Shown piece by piece: positions 10,473 through 19,917 of a stretch of 64,000 nucleotides of DNA; within the stretch, counting starts at the first letter, position 1, and each line of letters starts with the position of its first letter. Made by a program: the position numbers and the translations under genes. The notes beneath the pieces were generated by a model. The model ran no database searches. It saw only the letters and a list, made by a program, of their open reading frames with translations, and had not been told where the DNA came from. The DNA comes from Phycisphaerae bacterium (GTDB lineage Bacteria > Planctomycetota > Phycisphaerae > UBA1845): contig CAXXGO010000006.1 in the NCBI GenBank assembly GCA_963666835.2, positions 1,344,001 through 1,408,000 on the forward strand, read 5' to 3'.

Positions 10473-11438
10473 TCACCATGGCAATGTCGCCCGAGACCGC
10501 GCACCGCCGAAATACACTTTGCCGGCCGTGAGCAACAGCAGGCTTAAAACGAGCAGCCCCCATTCGGACGTCGTGGGTATGGCCGCCTCGCATTCAGGGC
10601 CGAAGATCGCATCATCCACACCGGGGCATTGATCAACACAATCGGGAACCCCATCCTGGTCCTGGTCGGCATCATCTTCAAAGACAATCTCCAAATACGG
10701 ATGAAAGGCACTGTCCCCGAACTCGCGACTGCGGAACTTTGCCAACCGGCTGACCGTACCGCCGCCGGGGTCGCTTTCGATCTCCGCGCCGTCCTGCAGA
10801 ATCACGCCCAGATTGTCACAGGATCCCTCGACCCACTCCCGCACGAGAGTGGTAATGTCCCATGACATCCACTGACCGGCAGTCGCCGGCACAATCTCCG
10901 ACGCGTAAACCGTTCCATCGAAGTCACCGCCTCCCGGTTGGTAGCCCGGCAGGCCCGCGTCGTAGCTGTCCCAGTAAAGAGGATCGGGCGTATCAAAGTT
11001 GTCGCAGGCCTGCCAGGTCGAGTACAGTTCGTCCCACGAATTGGTCAAGCGCCTTACTTCGTAAGTACGCCCGGCCGGGTCGGTTTGCGAGTAGCCGTAG
11101 TAGTACAGGTTCAACGTTGCCTGACTGATATTGCCGGCCGGCAAGGCAAAGGAAGAAACGTCGAACGCCAGCACGGAGCGGAAGTTCTTGGGCTCCCTAC
11201 TGCTCTGCGGGCCCCACCATGCACTGCGCACCCGCAACTCCTCCATTCCGCCGTTGTTGGCGGTGCAACCGGTCGAGCATGAACTGATCCAGTTATCTGC
11301 AACCGGTTCGAACTGCGCAGTCTCCGCTTGCGTCACTGACGCCGAGAGTAGACCTGCCAGAAGCCCTATCAAACAAGCCCTTTGCCCAACCGGGCTCCGA
11401 GGCCGGCTTGATCTCGAAGTCTGATGGGAAACATACAT
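10473..11438 (-). CDS. Secreted DNRLRE-domain protein with TSP3-like Ca motif and IPTL-CTERM
   Basis: ADNWI, LAFDVS, WDE..STW, WDITTLVREWV, FRSRE, PYLEI; C-terminal DQDQDGVPD..DQCPG and IPTTSEWGLLVLSLLLL. Confidence 0.82.
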   Translation of the reverse strand: MYVSHQTSRSSRPRSPVGQRACLIGLLAGLLSASVTQAETAQFEPVADNWISSCSTGCTANNGGMEELRVRSAWWGPQSSREPKNFRSVLAFDVSSFALPAGNISQATLNLYYYGYSQTDPAGRTYEVRRLTNSWDELYSTWQACDNFDTPDPLYWDSYDAGLPGYQPGGGDFDGTVYASEIVPATAGQWMSWDITTLVREWVEGSCDNLGVILQDGAEIESDPGGGTVSRLAKFRSREFGDSAFHPYLEIVFEDDADQDQDGVPDCVDQCPGVDDAIFGPECEAAIPTTSEWGLLVLSLLLLTAGKVYFGGARSRATLPW

Positions 11439-11534
11439 ATAAATCGCCCTCCTCCTAAGATAGCCTATTACATACCCCCGACATTGCCCGCCGGGTCGCC
11501 GCCGCTCAACGCATCGGACGGCGATACGTCTTGT

Positions 11535-11732
11535 TTAGTTGTGCTCACCGTCGGAAAGCGGCCAGCGGTCCAGGCGTCCAGGGCTGGCGCCGTCATTCAG
11601 AACCTCACCGTACCGGGTCATGACCTGCTTCATGAGCGTGCCCAAATCCCTGACCTGCTTCTTGGACAGATGGACTGTCGTACTCTCAATGGTGAGATGA
11701 AAGCAGCCGTGCGGACATCGAAACAGTTTCAT
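11535..11732 (-). CDS. Small Cys/His-containing hypothetical protein downstream of feoB
   Basis: ATG at 11732 with GAGGA RBS: MKLFRCPHGCFHLTIESTTVHLS...; same strand as feoB. Confidence 0.55.
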   Translation of the reverse strand: MKLFRCPHGCFHLTIESTTVHLSKKQVRDLGTLMKQVMTRYGEVLNDGASPGRLDRWPLSDGEHN

Positions 11733-11801
11733 CGGTTCATCCTCTCTGCGTATTACTGCATACAGTCGCCGCGACAATGGCACGGCGCCACAGCGCACTA
11801 T

Positions 11802-13988
11802 CTATCCGGTTGTGAACACGCTACCCACCTGGTAAACCGCGGTGGTCAGAATCCATGCCAGGGCGGTCAGTCCGCCCAATTGAAACAGCGCAAAGCCCCA
11901 GGAGTTACTCTCCCGTTTGGTTACGGCAATCGTTGCCATGCATGGGGCACTCACCAGGCAGAACAGCATGATGCAGAACGCCTGGAGTGGAGAGTAGCTC
12001 TCCCGTAAGCGATTACGGAGCGAATCGGATTCCTCATCAGCTTCGCCCACGGAATAGACAATGCCCAGTTGGGCCACGAACACTTCCTTTGCGGCAAAGG
12101 CCCCGATCAGCGCCGTTCCGATCTTCCAGTCGAATCCCATTGGTCGGAGCACCGGCTCAATGGCGGATCCGACTCGCCCGGCCACCGTGTAGGCCAACTC
12201 TTCGGCCTGCCTGGCCTGGTCAATCGCGGCAGTCTTTGCGGCGTGTGCGTCGGAATCGGCGGCGTGCTGCGATACGAGCGCGGCAATCTCACCTTCATAG
12301 TCGCGCGAGAAACGGGTCTGCTTGGGATAGCTCGTCATCGCCCACAGAACGATTGATATCCCCAGAATGACGGTGCCGGCCTTCTTGAGATACAACCACG
12401 CCCGTTCCCAAGTGTGGAGCATCATGCCCTTCAACGTTGGCATGCGATATGGCGGCAGTTCCATGACGAACGGCGGTGCCGGCCCCTTGAAAAGCGTGGC
12501 CTTCAGCAGTTTCGCGGCAAACACGGCCAGGACGACACCGATCATGTAGATAACCCACAACATCGGGGCGTGCCACGTCTGAGGAAAGAACGCCGGGATG
12601 ATCAGAGCATAAATCGGAAGCCGGGCTCCGCAGCTCATCAGCGGCACAACGAGCATTGTGGTAAGGCGGTCCCGCCGGTTCTCAATCGTGCGTGTGGCCA
12701 TGATTGCCGGAATGGAGCAGCCGAAGCCGATCAACATCGGGATGAAACTCTTACCGTGGAGACCGATCTTGTGCATGAAGCGGTCCATCAGAAAGGCGGC
12801 GCGGGCCATGTAGCCGGAGTCTTCCAGGATGGTGATCGCCAGAAACAGCAGCACAATGTTGGGCAGGAACACAAGGACACCGCCGACACCACCAATGATC
12901 CCGTCCACCAGAAGCGACCGGATGGCACTTTCGGAGCCCGGCGCCCAAAGCGAAGAGATCGCCCCACCGAGCCAACCGAACAGGCTTTCCAGCCAACCCA
13001 TGGGCGGATCTCCCAGGGTGAACGTCAGGTGGAACACCAGGTACATCAATATGAAGAAGACCGGCAGGCCCAGCACGCGGTTCGTTACGATGGCGTCGAT
13101 CTGGTCGGACGTGGTGTGGCGGGCTTCCACCGTGGACCGGACCGCCTCCGTACAAGCCCCACTAATGAAGCCGTAACGCCGCTCGGCGATAATCACCTCC
13201 GGCGGATGACCCAGAAGATCCTCAATGCGCTTCGAGCTATGGTCGACGGCCGCAACAACGGAATGCGAAGCCAACTGTTCGCGCAAGTCCGTATCGTTTT
13301 CCAGCAATTTGATGGCCAGCCAGCGCGGCTCATACTTGCCGGATAGGGCGTTGCTGCCTTTGATCAGATCGGCGAGCCGGGCGATCTCCTCTTCGAGTTC
13401 GCGGCCATAGCTGACCTGTACGGGCGCGTCTTGCTGGTGTTCAACTGTCGACAGGATGGCATCGAGAAGTTCACCAATCCCCTCCTTCTTGTGCCCTACA
13501 GTCGGCACTACCGGCGCCCCGAGTAACTGGGACAGAAGCTGAAGATCAAATTCCGTCCCGCGCGCCGCTGCAACGTCGCTCATGTTGAGTGCCAACACCA
13601 GCCGCAGGTTCATCTCCATCAGTTGGGTTGCGAGATACAGATTCCGCTCGAGATTCGAGGCGTCGAGAACGACAACAACGACATCAGGCCGGGCGTCCAG
13701 AAGATGATCCCGCGCAACGGTCTCCTCAACGGAATGCGCGGTCAGGCTATACGTACCCGGCAGGTCGGCGATGTTGAGCTCGAGGCCCTTATGCCGGCAT
13801 ACGCCGCTCTTCTTCTCGACGGTTACGCCGGGGTAGTTGCCCACGTGCTGTCTCGCCCCGGTCAGGTCGTTGAAGATCGTGGTCTTGCCGGAATTGGGAT
13901 TCCCGGCCAGCGCCACGTTCACGCATCGGCGATCCGTGGCCTCTTCCCTTCGTCGCCGAGATTCGGCATTACGCATAATGTTCGTCAT
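11802..13988 (-). CDS. feoB: Ferrous iron transporter B
   Basis: G-domain motifs GNPNSGKTT, VGNYPGVTV, DLPGTYSL and NMSD; membrane domain LEDSGYMARAAF, GFGCSIPA, MELPPY. Confidence 0.97.
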   Translation of the reverse strand: MTNIMRNAESRRRREEATDRRCVNVALAGNPNSGKTTIFNDLTGARQHVGNYPGVTVEKKSGVCRHKGLELNIADLPGTYSLTAHSVEETVARDHLLDARPDVVVVVLDASNLERNLYLATQLMEMNLRLVLALNMSDVAAARGTEFDLQLLSQLLGAPVVPTVGHKKEGIGELLDAILSTVEHQQDAPVQVSYGRELEEEIARLADLIKGSNALSGKYEPRWLAIKLLENDTDLREQLASHSVVAAVDHSSKRIEDLLGHPPEVIIAERRYGFISGACTEAVRSTVEARHTTSDQIDAIVTNRVLGLPVFFILMYLVFHLTFTLGDPPMGWLESLFGWLGGAISSLWAPGSESAIRSLLVDGIIGGVGGVLVFLPNIVLLFLAITILEDSGYMARAAFLMDRFMHKIGLHGKSFIPMLIGFGCSIPAIMATRTIENRRDRLTTMLVVPLMSCGARLPIYALIIPAFFPQTWHAPMLWVIYMIGVVLAVFAAKLLKATLFKGPAPPFVMELPPYRMPTLKGMMLHTWERAWLYLKKAGTVILGISIVLWAMTSYPKQTRFSRDYEGEIAALVSQHAADSDAHAAKTAAIDQARQAEELAYTVAGRVGSAIEPVLRPMGFDWKIGTALIGAFAAKEVFVAQLGIVYSVGEADEESDSLRNRLRESYSPLQAFCIMLFCLVSAPCMATIAVTKRESNSWGFALFQLGGLTALAWILTTAVYQVGSVFTTG

Positions 13989-14031
13989 CCCGAACTTTTA
14001 CCGAAAAAAAAGACGTCGCGTCGACCCGCCT

Positions 14032-14253
14032 CTACGGCAAGACGAGGATCTTACTTACCATTCCGCGTCCCAAGACCAAGCGAGTATCTCCGACGGACAC
14101 AACGAGCGGGCCCTTCGCACTTCTGCTGATTACCTCGAGTTCCGTCCCCGGGACAAGCCCCATGGACGCAAGTCGAGCGGTAAGCGTGCGACCCGCACAT
14201 ATTCTGTGCAAGCGCACCCTGCACCCACTATCAATCAGCGAAAGCGGAACCAC
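14032..14253 (-). CDS. feoA: FeoA family protein
   Basis: RLASMGLVPG..LEV...GPLVVSVGDTRLVLGRG, immediately upstream of feoB. Confidence 0.93.
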   Translation of the reverse strand: MVPLSLIDSGCRVRLHRICAGRTLTARLASMGLVPGTELEVISRSAKGPLVVSVGDTRLVLGRGMVSKILVLP

Positions 14254-14303
14254 CCGATCTCTCCTATTGCGGCTTTGAGGCCGCTACAGCTCCATTCTCG
14301 AAC

Positions 14304-15059
14304 TCACAGCGGCGTCACCGTGACCTTCTCGGCCTCTTCCTTTCTCAGCGAGAGGTGGTAGCCCTTGACCTTCACCTCAATAGGATCGCCCATGGGTGCC
14401 ACCCGCCCCATCTCCACCACCGAGCCGGGCGTGAGTCCCATCTCGATAAGCCGTTTGTTGGCCTCGCCGCGGCCTTTGATCCTCTCGACCTTGGCCTTCT
14501 GTCCCGGGCTCAGTTCTCTTAACACTACTGTTGTCACAGCCCTCCTCCCAGCGTTTGCTTCCTTCTTCTTGACGTCCTTCAGACAGGCGGTGATACAACG
14601 CTCACAGTCTTCAGGTTCACCATGTTCGCAGTGGTAACCGAAGCCCCTGATCCACTTGACCCCCGCACGCGGACATACATCTACAAACTCGATGAACTCC
14701 ATGAACCTCTCGAAGACTGCGGGCGGGATAGCATGTTCCATCTGGCAGGCCCCCTCGTCGGCCAGCTTCTCGTCGATCGCCAACACCTTGACCAAAAAAT
14801 CGCGCAGCACCTCATGCCGCCTGACCACCTCGCGGGCGGCCGCCTCGCCCTCGCGGGTGAGCGTGATCACCTCGTAAGGCGCGTAATTCACCAGCCCCTT
14901 CTCTGCCAAAGAGTGCAACGCCCCGGTCACCGACGAGCGGGCCACCTCGAGGCGCTTGGCGATGTCCCGAGCCCTGGCCGCCCCCTTTTCCGCCACCAGG
15001 TGGAAGATGGTCTCTAAGTAATCCTCGAGACTCTCGCTGAGTTTCGCTGTCGCTACCAT
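14304..15059 (-). CDS. DtxR/MntR-family metal-dependent repressor with C-terminal FeoA domain
   Basis: LSESLEDYLETI, RRHEVL..FL, ACQMEH; Cys-rich linker; C-terminal RLIEMGLTPG...APMGDPIEV. Start moved to ATG 15059, which has a GGGAG RBS. Confidence 0.92.
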   Translation of the reverse strand: MVATAKLSESLEDYLETIFHLVAEKGAARARDIAKRLEVARSSVTGALHSLAEKGLVNYAPYEVITLTREGEAAAREVVRRHEVLRDFLVKVLAIDEKLADEGACQMEHAIPPAVFERFMEFIEFVDVCPRAGVKWIRGFGYHCEHGEPEDCERCITACLKDVKKKEANAGRRAVTTVVLRELSPGQKAKVERIKGRGEANKRLIEMGLTPGSVVEMGRVAPMGDPIEVKVKGYHLSLRKEEAEKVTVTPL

Positions 15060-15111
15060 CGGTTCACTCCCACGCGGGAAACGGCCGGCAAGTTCTGTTC
15101 CACAAACTTCA

Positions 15112-15154
15112 TTCGGCATGCCGAACAATATACGCAAATACGAAACGCTGTCAA
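15112..15154 (-). promoter_or_regulatory. Sigma70-type promoter of the dtxR-feo operon with adjacent palindromic operator
   Basis: Minus strand TTGACA (15149-15154), 16 nt, TATATT (15127-15132), then perfect 14-bp palindrome TTCGGCATGCCGAA (15112-15125). Confidence 0.75.
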
Positions 15155-15339
15155 CCGGGCGATTAACGGCAGAAATTGCCCGTTTTCGCCGACGCCTGGC
15201 CGCAAACCGGGACGGGCGCCCCAATATGCAGCGCAGATGGGCGGGCTGGGGGGCCAGCGTCGAACGCGTAATTCATGCACGCTGCGGCTTGGATACTCGT
15301 GGTCGGTGCGAGATAATCCGGACATTCGAGCACTTATGC

Positions 15340-15858
15340 CTACGGCTCCTCAGCGAGATCACGCACTTGGCTAAGGAACACACAGTAGGCAGCATCGCGT
15401 TCGCACGCATACTCCAGATTCCAGATGATGTTCGATCTTTGTAGATCAGAAACATCAGAGTAGAGGTTCACGACCCCTGTCCCCGACGAACATTTCAGGC
15501 CGTATCTCGCATCCGGGCCACAGTCAGCATCTATCGACTTATGAACCGGATAGACGTACGCGTCAGAAAACAGCCGCTCCGGAGAGGGCACGGGGATCGC
15601 GCCCACGATGCGATTCGACGCTCCCGGCTCGGTCATCCGCCAGGTCCTGTCGCTCCCCCGGACATAGTCGTCGCTAACGAACAGGGTAGCGTGGTCCTTC
15701 AGCGGAAAGTAGGTGAGCGTCAGACCGCCTTCTTCGATCTGCCAGACCATAGATTCGGTGGCACCGTTGATGCGGTACAATTGCCACCCAAACCACGACA
15801 ACACGAGGACCACCAGAACTGAGAATATCTGCAATAGCCGCCGTACTGGTTTGGGCAT
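15340..15858 (-). CDS. Hypothetical membrane-anchored protein
   Basis: N-terminal hydrophobic helix; follows the upstream gene closely. Confidence 0.65.
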   Translation of the reverse strand: MPKPVRRLLQIFSVLVVLVLSWFGWQLYRINGATESMVWQIEEGGLTLTYFPLKDHATLFVSDDYVRGSDRTWRMTEPGASNRIVGAIPVPSPERLFSDAYVYPVHKSIDADCGPDARYGLKCSSGTGVVNLYSDVSDLQRSNIIWNLEYACERDAAYCVFLSQVRDLAEEP

Positions 15859-15872
15859 TTGCTGTCCCTGCC

Positions 15873-17270
15873 TCAGCGTTCACGGTTAACGCGAAACCTC
15901 TCCAGCGGCACGATGTACTTGCCACCTTCCGCCAGAAGTCCCAGTCGTCGCTGATCGATGTCCAGCAAGTAGAGCTGCCCCCACCACTCCAGCAGCACCT
16001 CCGTTCCGGCGGGCAGGAACGTCGGCGAGGACGGATACGACCTGCCGAGCTTCATGAGTCCATAGCCGTCAGCCACCTGCATGATCGGTTCACCGTCCCG
16101 CGTCACGACAAAGTGTGCCCCCAATCCCGGCAGACATCGCAAGTGGTCGAGGCTCTTCGAGTCCTCCCAGAGCGCCGACCCCCAATCATCGCGACTCGCA
16201 TACCAGCCGGAGTTCGAGCGGACATAGTTAAGAGGAAACTCGGGGGGTGCCAGCGTGTCCATGCCTCGTACTTCGAGGACATTCCAGGGGGCCTTCCCTT
16301 GGACAACAACGACACGGTCGTTCTCCTGCTGGCCGAATAGGAACTCGCCGGACCGCGACCACGACACGAATGGCCAGAAGTCAGCAAGCTGGCACCCGAC
16401 CACCGTGTGGGCCTCTTCCCGGTTCAGATCAAAGACACGAAGCTCATGGCCGGCTGACCCCGTTTCGCGGCCGAGTGGCTTTGCCGCAAAGGCGACCACC
16501 GCGTTATCCGGCGACAGGCTCACACCGTCCATGAGGAATCGCTCGTGCGTCTGCCAGATCAGCGTCGATGCTTTAGCGCCTTCTCGATAGACGTACAGGC
16601 TGCCATCGACACCTCGGTAGGCAAAGGTCGATTCGTCCTCGCTGACGAGGAACGCGGCAGCCGGGAACGGGACCACGGTAGCCACACCTGTGCCGTCCAT
16701 GTTGATCCGCTTGATGAACCGGTCATCGTTGTCGATGAAGTAGACCGGCACGGCAGAGTTGGCCGTCCAAGTCGTGTCTTCTCGCAGCTCAAGATGCCCG
16801 AAGGTAGGCCGAGTGGCCAAATAGAACAGCGGCCCGACAATGCAGTAACTTGCAATGTTCGCCAGCAGAACGCCTCGAAGTAGCCGAAGCCGCGAACGCT
16901 CCAGCACCTCCGCAAATCCGCGTGTTGCGATGACAATACCCTCTACAATCAGGGTTTTGGCGAAGTAGATCAGGATCAAGATGAGGGCTACCCACCAGTA
17001 GCCCTTGGCAAAAGCTGGAACCGAGACATCGATGGAGCTTGCTTCGATCACGCTGTCTTGAAACACACATACGATACCGCCGGCAGAGGTCGATAGTACG
17101 TTCGCCCAGAGCAACCTACGAAACACACACCCGGTGGTAACGGCAACCACATGCCGGAAGACGAACCACTCAACAGAAGTTACCAGCAGTACCAGCGGGC
17201 CCAAGACGATCAGACCGGCGGCTGCAACGACAGGGAAGTTGATGGCGTCGGCAAGCATAGCCCCATGCAT
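15873..17270 (-). CDS. Membrane protein with about 4 N-terminal TM helices and a beta-propeller (TolB-like) C-terminal region
   Basis: TM segments with LWANVLST and LLANIASY; SLSPD and SWS propeller-like motifs. The upstream part of the tracked ORF is antisense to the next gene, so the start was moved. Confidence 0.7.
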   Translation of the reverse strand: MHGAMLADAINFPVVAAAGLIVLGPLVLLVTSVEWFVFRHVVAVTTGCVFRRLLWANVLSTSAGGIVCVFQDSVIEASSIDVSVPAFAKGYWWVALILILIYFAKTLIVEGIVIATRGFAEVLERSRLRLLRGVLLANIASYCIVGPLFYLATRPTFGHLELREDTTWTANSAVPVYFIDNDDRFIKRINMDGTGVATVVPFPAAAFLVSEDESTFAYRGVDGSLYVYREGAKASTLIWQTHERFLMDGVSLSPDNAVVAFAAKPLGRETGSAGHELRVFDLNREEAHTVVGCQLADFWPFVSWSRSGEFLFGQQENDRVVVVQGKAPWNVLEVRGMDTLAPPEFPLNYVRSNSGWYASRDDWGSALWEDSKSLDHLRCLPGLGAHFVVTRDGEPIMQVADGYGLMKLGRSYPSSPTFLPAGTEVLLEWWGQLYLLDIDQRRLGLLAEGGKYIVPLERFRVNRER

Positions 17271-17486
17271 ATCACTGCAAAACGTACTCGTCAGCACAAG
17301 AGAACTCTGATCGCTGAATAATATGCCACCGGCCCGGCCGATGGCAAGCGTCGGTTGCACGGTCGAGAACGCCATTCTTGTGCCAGTAGCTGCGTGCCCC
17401 TTTTTTTGACAAGTCCCCTTTTCACAGCTAATCTCAATAGACCAGGCGCCTGCGACTCGGCGATAGCTCAGCGGAGGGAATGGTCG

Positions 17487-18173
17487 GTGAAGGCCGAAAC
17501 GACAAGATCTTACGGCGTTCTGTCTCGGCGCCGTTGGATCGTCGTCATCCTCGGCACGCTGGCCAGCCTCGCCGTCGTGCTTGCCCCCAGAAACAACTCG
17601 ATGCCCGCCCCCGTCATCGCAGCCGTGGTGGGAGCGGTCGGTGTATGCCTGACCGATGTTCTTGTCTGGTCCGGCTTGGCGCGGAGGTGGAGACAAGCGG
17701 TGGCCCCACGCGCCGTAACGGCCGTGGTGGTCGGCGCGTCCGTAGGCTTTTGTTTCACGCTCACAGAAGGAGTCGCGTTCGGCAGAGCCTTCGGAACCGA
17801 CGTGCCGTCCGAGGTCAAGGATATCGTCGTCGAAGGATACTACGTCAGAGGCATTCCCGGCGGCGCCAGTGACCTCGTCATCTTCCTTCAGTTTGAAGCG
17901 AGCCAAGACCAGCTACAGAAGCTTCTGTCGCACCGGTCGTTTGAGCGCGACGCCGAACTGGAGCGTCAATGGTCTGACCCTTACCTGGGAAACAAGCATG
18001 TCTGGCGACACCTCTTCGGCGGTATGGCTGAGGCGTACGCCGGTGAGTCATGGCGGCAAGCGCCTGCAACGGACTGCGTCGAAATCTACCGTTGGGGCGA
18101 GGGATCGCCACAAACAACGGTGCTCTGTGACGTGGATTCCGGTCGGATCTACGCGCTTTTTATGCTTGGGTGA
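17487..18173 (+). CDS. Hypothetical membrane protein
   Basis: GTG start at 17487 after GGAGGG; three hydrophobic segments then a soluble domain. Confidence 0.65.
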   Translation: MKAETTRSYGVLSRRRWIVVILGTLASLAVVLAPRNNSMPAPVIAAVVGAVGVCLTDVLVWSGLARRWRQAVAPRAVTAVVVGASVGFCFTLTEGVAFGRAFGTDVPSEVKDIVVEGYYVRGIPGGASDLVIFLQFEASQDQLQKLLSHRSFERDAELERQWSDPYLGNKHVWRHLFGGMAEAYAGESWRQAPATDCVEIYRWGEGSPQTTVLCDVDSGRIYALFMLG

Positions 18174-18245
18174 CTGCGATTGAGGTCCCGCACACAGGAG
18201 GCATCCCTTGACACCTGAACTTCTTCGCACGGGAGATCAACAGCC

Positions 18246-18953
18246 ATGAAATGGGCTCTGCTATCGATCCTCGCCTTCTCAGCCGCGGTTGTCATCCATG
18301 CCCTGCGGCGGCGAGATAACGACGCGACCGGGACAGGGTCTCTAAGGGGGGTCGCGGGACGAGGCGCCGCAGTTGTTCTTCCCGAGCTCCCAGATGAAAA
18401 GCTCATCGAGCTGCAACAAGTCACGCGGTGGCTCTCGAACCAGCAAGGTCTGGATGTCAGGCCGTACTGCACTTTCGATTTTGGACGTGCAAGGGACGAG
18501 TCGGGCGTGTCCATCGTAGTTCCAGAGGAGTCGGCAGAGAAGACGCTGTACCAATTGCGCAATGCCATTGATTCGCCACTTCTGGCGTTCATCGGTACTC
18601 ATTCCTGGCTCGGAGATGAGCAGCATGAAGGCGTGGAACTCGTTGTCGGCGCCGGACAGGATCAGTTTGACATCCTCCGGATTGCTCGCTCCGATGCCGT
18701 GAACTACGGCATGGTAACGGATGATCTGATTCAGCGATTGGGGGAATACAACCGGCAATATGGGATAGACATCACGCGCGCCGCGACGGACGTGATATCG
18801 TTTCGACTCCTGCGCATGCCGGATAACATCTTGGACTTCGCAACGGAGTTGTACGAGTTCTGCCCCGACATCGTGGACCAAGGCACCGGCACGGTCGCCG
18901 CCCTGGCAGAGGATATAGAGAAAACAGAGTCGGTCTTTCTTTGGTGGGACTGA
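18246..18953 (+). CDS. DUF4253 domain protein with N-terminal signal/anchor
   Basis: SDAVNY, ELYEFCPDIVDQG and terminal FLWWD signature. Confidence 0.88.
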   Translation: MKWALLSILAFSAAVVIHALRRRDNDATGTGSLRGVAGRGAAVVLPELPDEKLIELQQVTRWLSNQQGLDVRPYCTFDFGRARDESGVSIVVPEESAEKTLYQLRNAIDSPLLAFIGTHSWLGDEQHEGVELVVGAGQDQFDILRIARSDAVNYGMVTDDLIQRLGEYNRQYGIDITRAATDVISFRLLRMPDNILDFATELYEFCPDIVDQGTGTVAALAEDIEKTESVFLWWD

Positions 18954-18972
18954 CCAATCCGATGGACTTAGA

Positions 18973-19917
18973 ATGAGCCAACAGACGGATAATCCGAACC
19001 TGATCCTCGCCGTGGGAACTCGTGTCGTGACGAAGGTGGATACGACCCCGATTGGCGGAGGGCAGGTGTGCCCGGCCGGGATTGTCGGCGTCGTTGTGGT
19101 CGCGCCGGCGGACAACGACCATTCCTATCGCATCCGCTGTGCCAACGGCGTGGAAGTGAGCGTACGACGGGCGGAGATCGAGCTGCTGCGCGAGCATCAG
19201 ACCGGTGGTCTGTCACTGCGGGGCGGCGTGGATGAGTATGAGTTGCAGGACCACATCATCTACCGATGCGTGATCGGGTCTCGCGCTTACGGCCTCGAGA
19301 ACGATGCCAGCGACACCGATTATCGAGGGATCTACCTGGCTCCGGCCGAGCTGCATTGGTCCCTGTTCGGCGCACCGGAGCAGTTGGAGAACCAAGAGTC
19401 GCAGGAGTGCTTCTGGGAGCTGCAGAAGTTCATTGTCTTGGCAGTCAAGGCCAACCCCAACGTCTTGGAATGCCTCTACACCCCCTTGGTCGAGCACGCT
19501 GCTCCCTTGGCGACCGAGCTGCTTGCCATGCGCGAGCTGTTCCTGTCAAAGCTGGTCTATCAGACGTACAACGGCTACGTGCTTTCGCAATTTAAGAAGA
19601 TCAACCGGGACATTCGCAACAAAGGAACCGTTAAGTTGAAACACGCGATGCACCTGATCCGCTTGCTGCTGTCGGGGATTCAGGTGCTCCGGGAGGGATT
19701 CGTGCCGGTTCGGGTGGACACGCATCGAGACAGACTCCTGGCCATTCGAGACGGCGACATGGACTGGGAGCACGTGGAAGAGTGGCGGCTGAGGCTGCAC
19801 ATTGAATTCGACGAGGCATTTCGGCAGACGAAGCTGCCGGAACGCCCGGACTACGAACGAGCAAACGACTTTCTGATTAGGGCTCGCCGAACGGCTCTTA
19901 ACGAGAGCGAACGATGA
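18973..19917 (+). CDS. RlaP/YcgL-family pol-beta nucleotidyltransferase with extra N-terminal small beta domain
   Basis: GSRAYGL...SDTDYRG, KANPNVLECL, KHAMHLIRLL, LPERPD. Confidence 0.88.
   Translation: MSQQTDNPNLILAVGTRVVTKVDTTPIGGGQVCPAGIVGVVVVAPADNDHSYRIRCANGVEVSVRRAEIELLREHQTGGLSLRGGVDEYELQDHIIYRCVIGSRAYGLENDASDTDYRGIYLAPAELHWSLFGAPEQLENQESQECFWELQKFIVLAVKANPNVLECLYTPLVEHAAPLATELLAMRELFLSKLVYQTYNGYVLSQFKKINRDIRNKGTVKLKHAMHLIRLLLSGIQVLREGFVPVRVDTHRDRLLAIRDGDMDWEHVEEWRLRLHIEFDEAFRQTKLPERPDYERANDFLIRARRTALNESER

Noticed and set aside
17271..17906. N-terminal ~210 aa of tracked ORF 15873..17906
   Set aside because: Mostly antisense to the plus-strand membrane gene; protein-like sequence begins near 17270.
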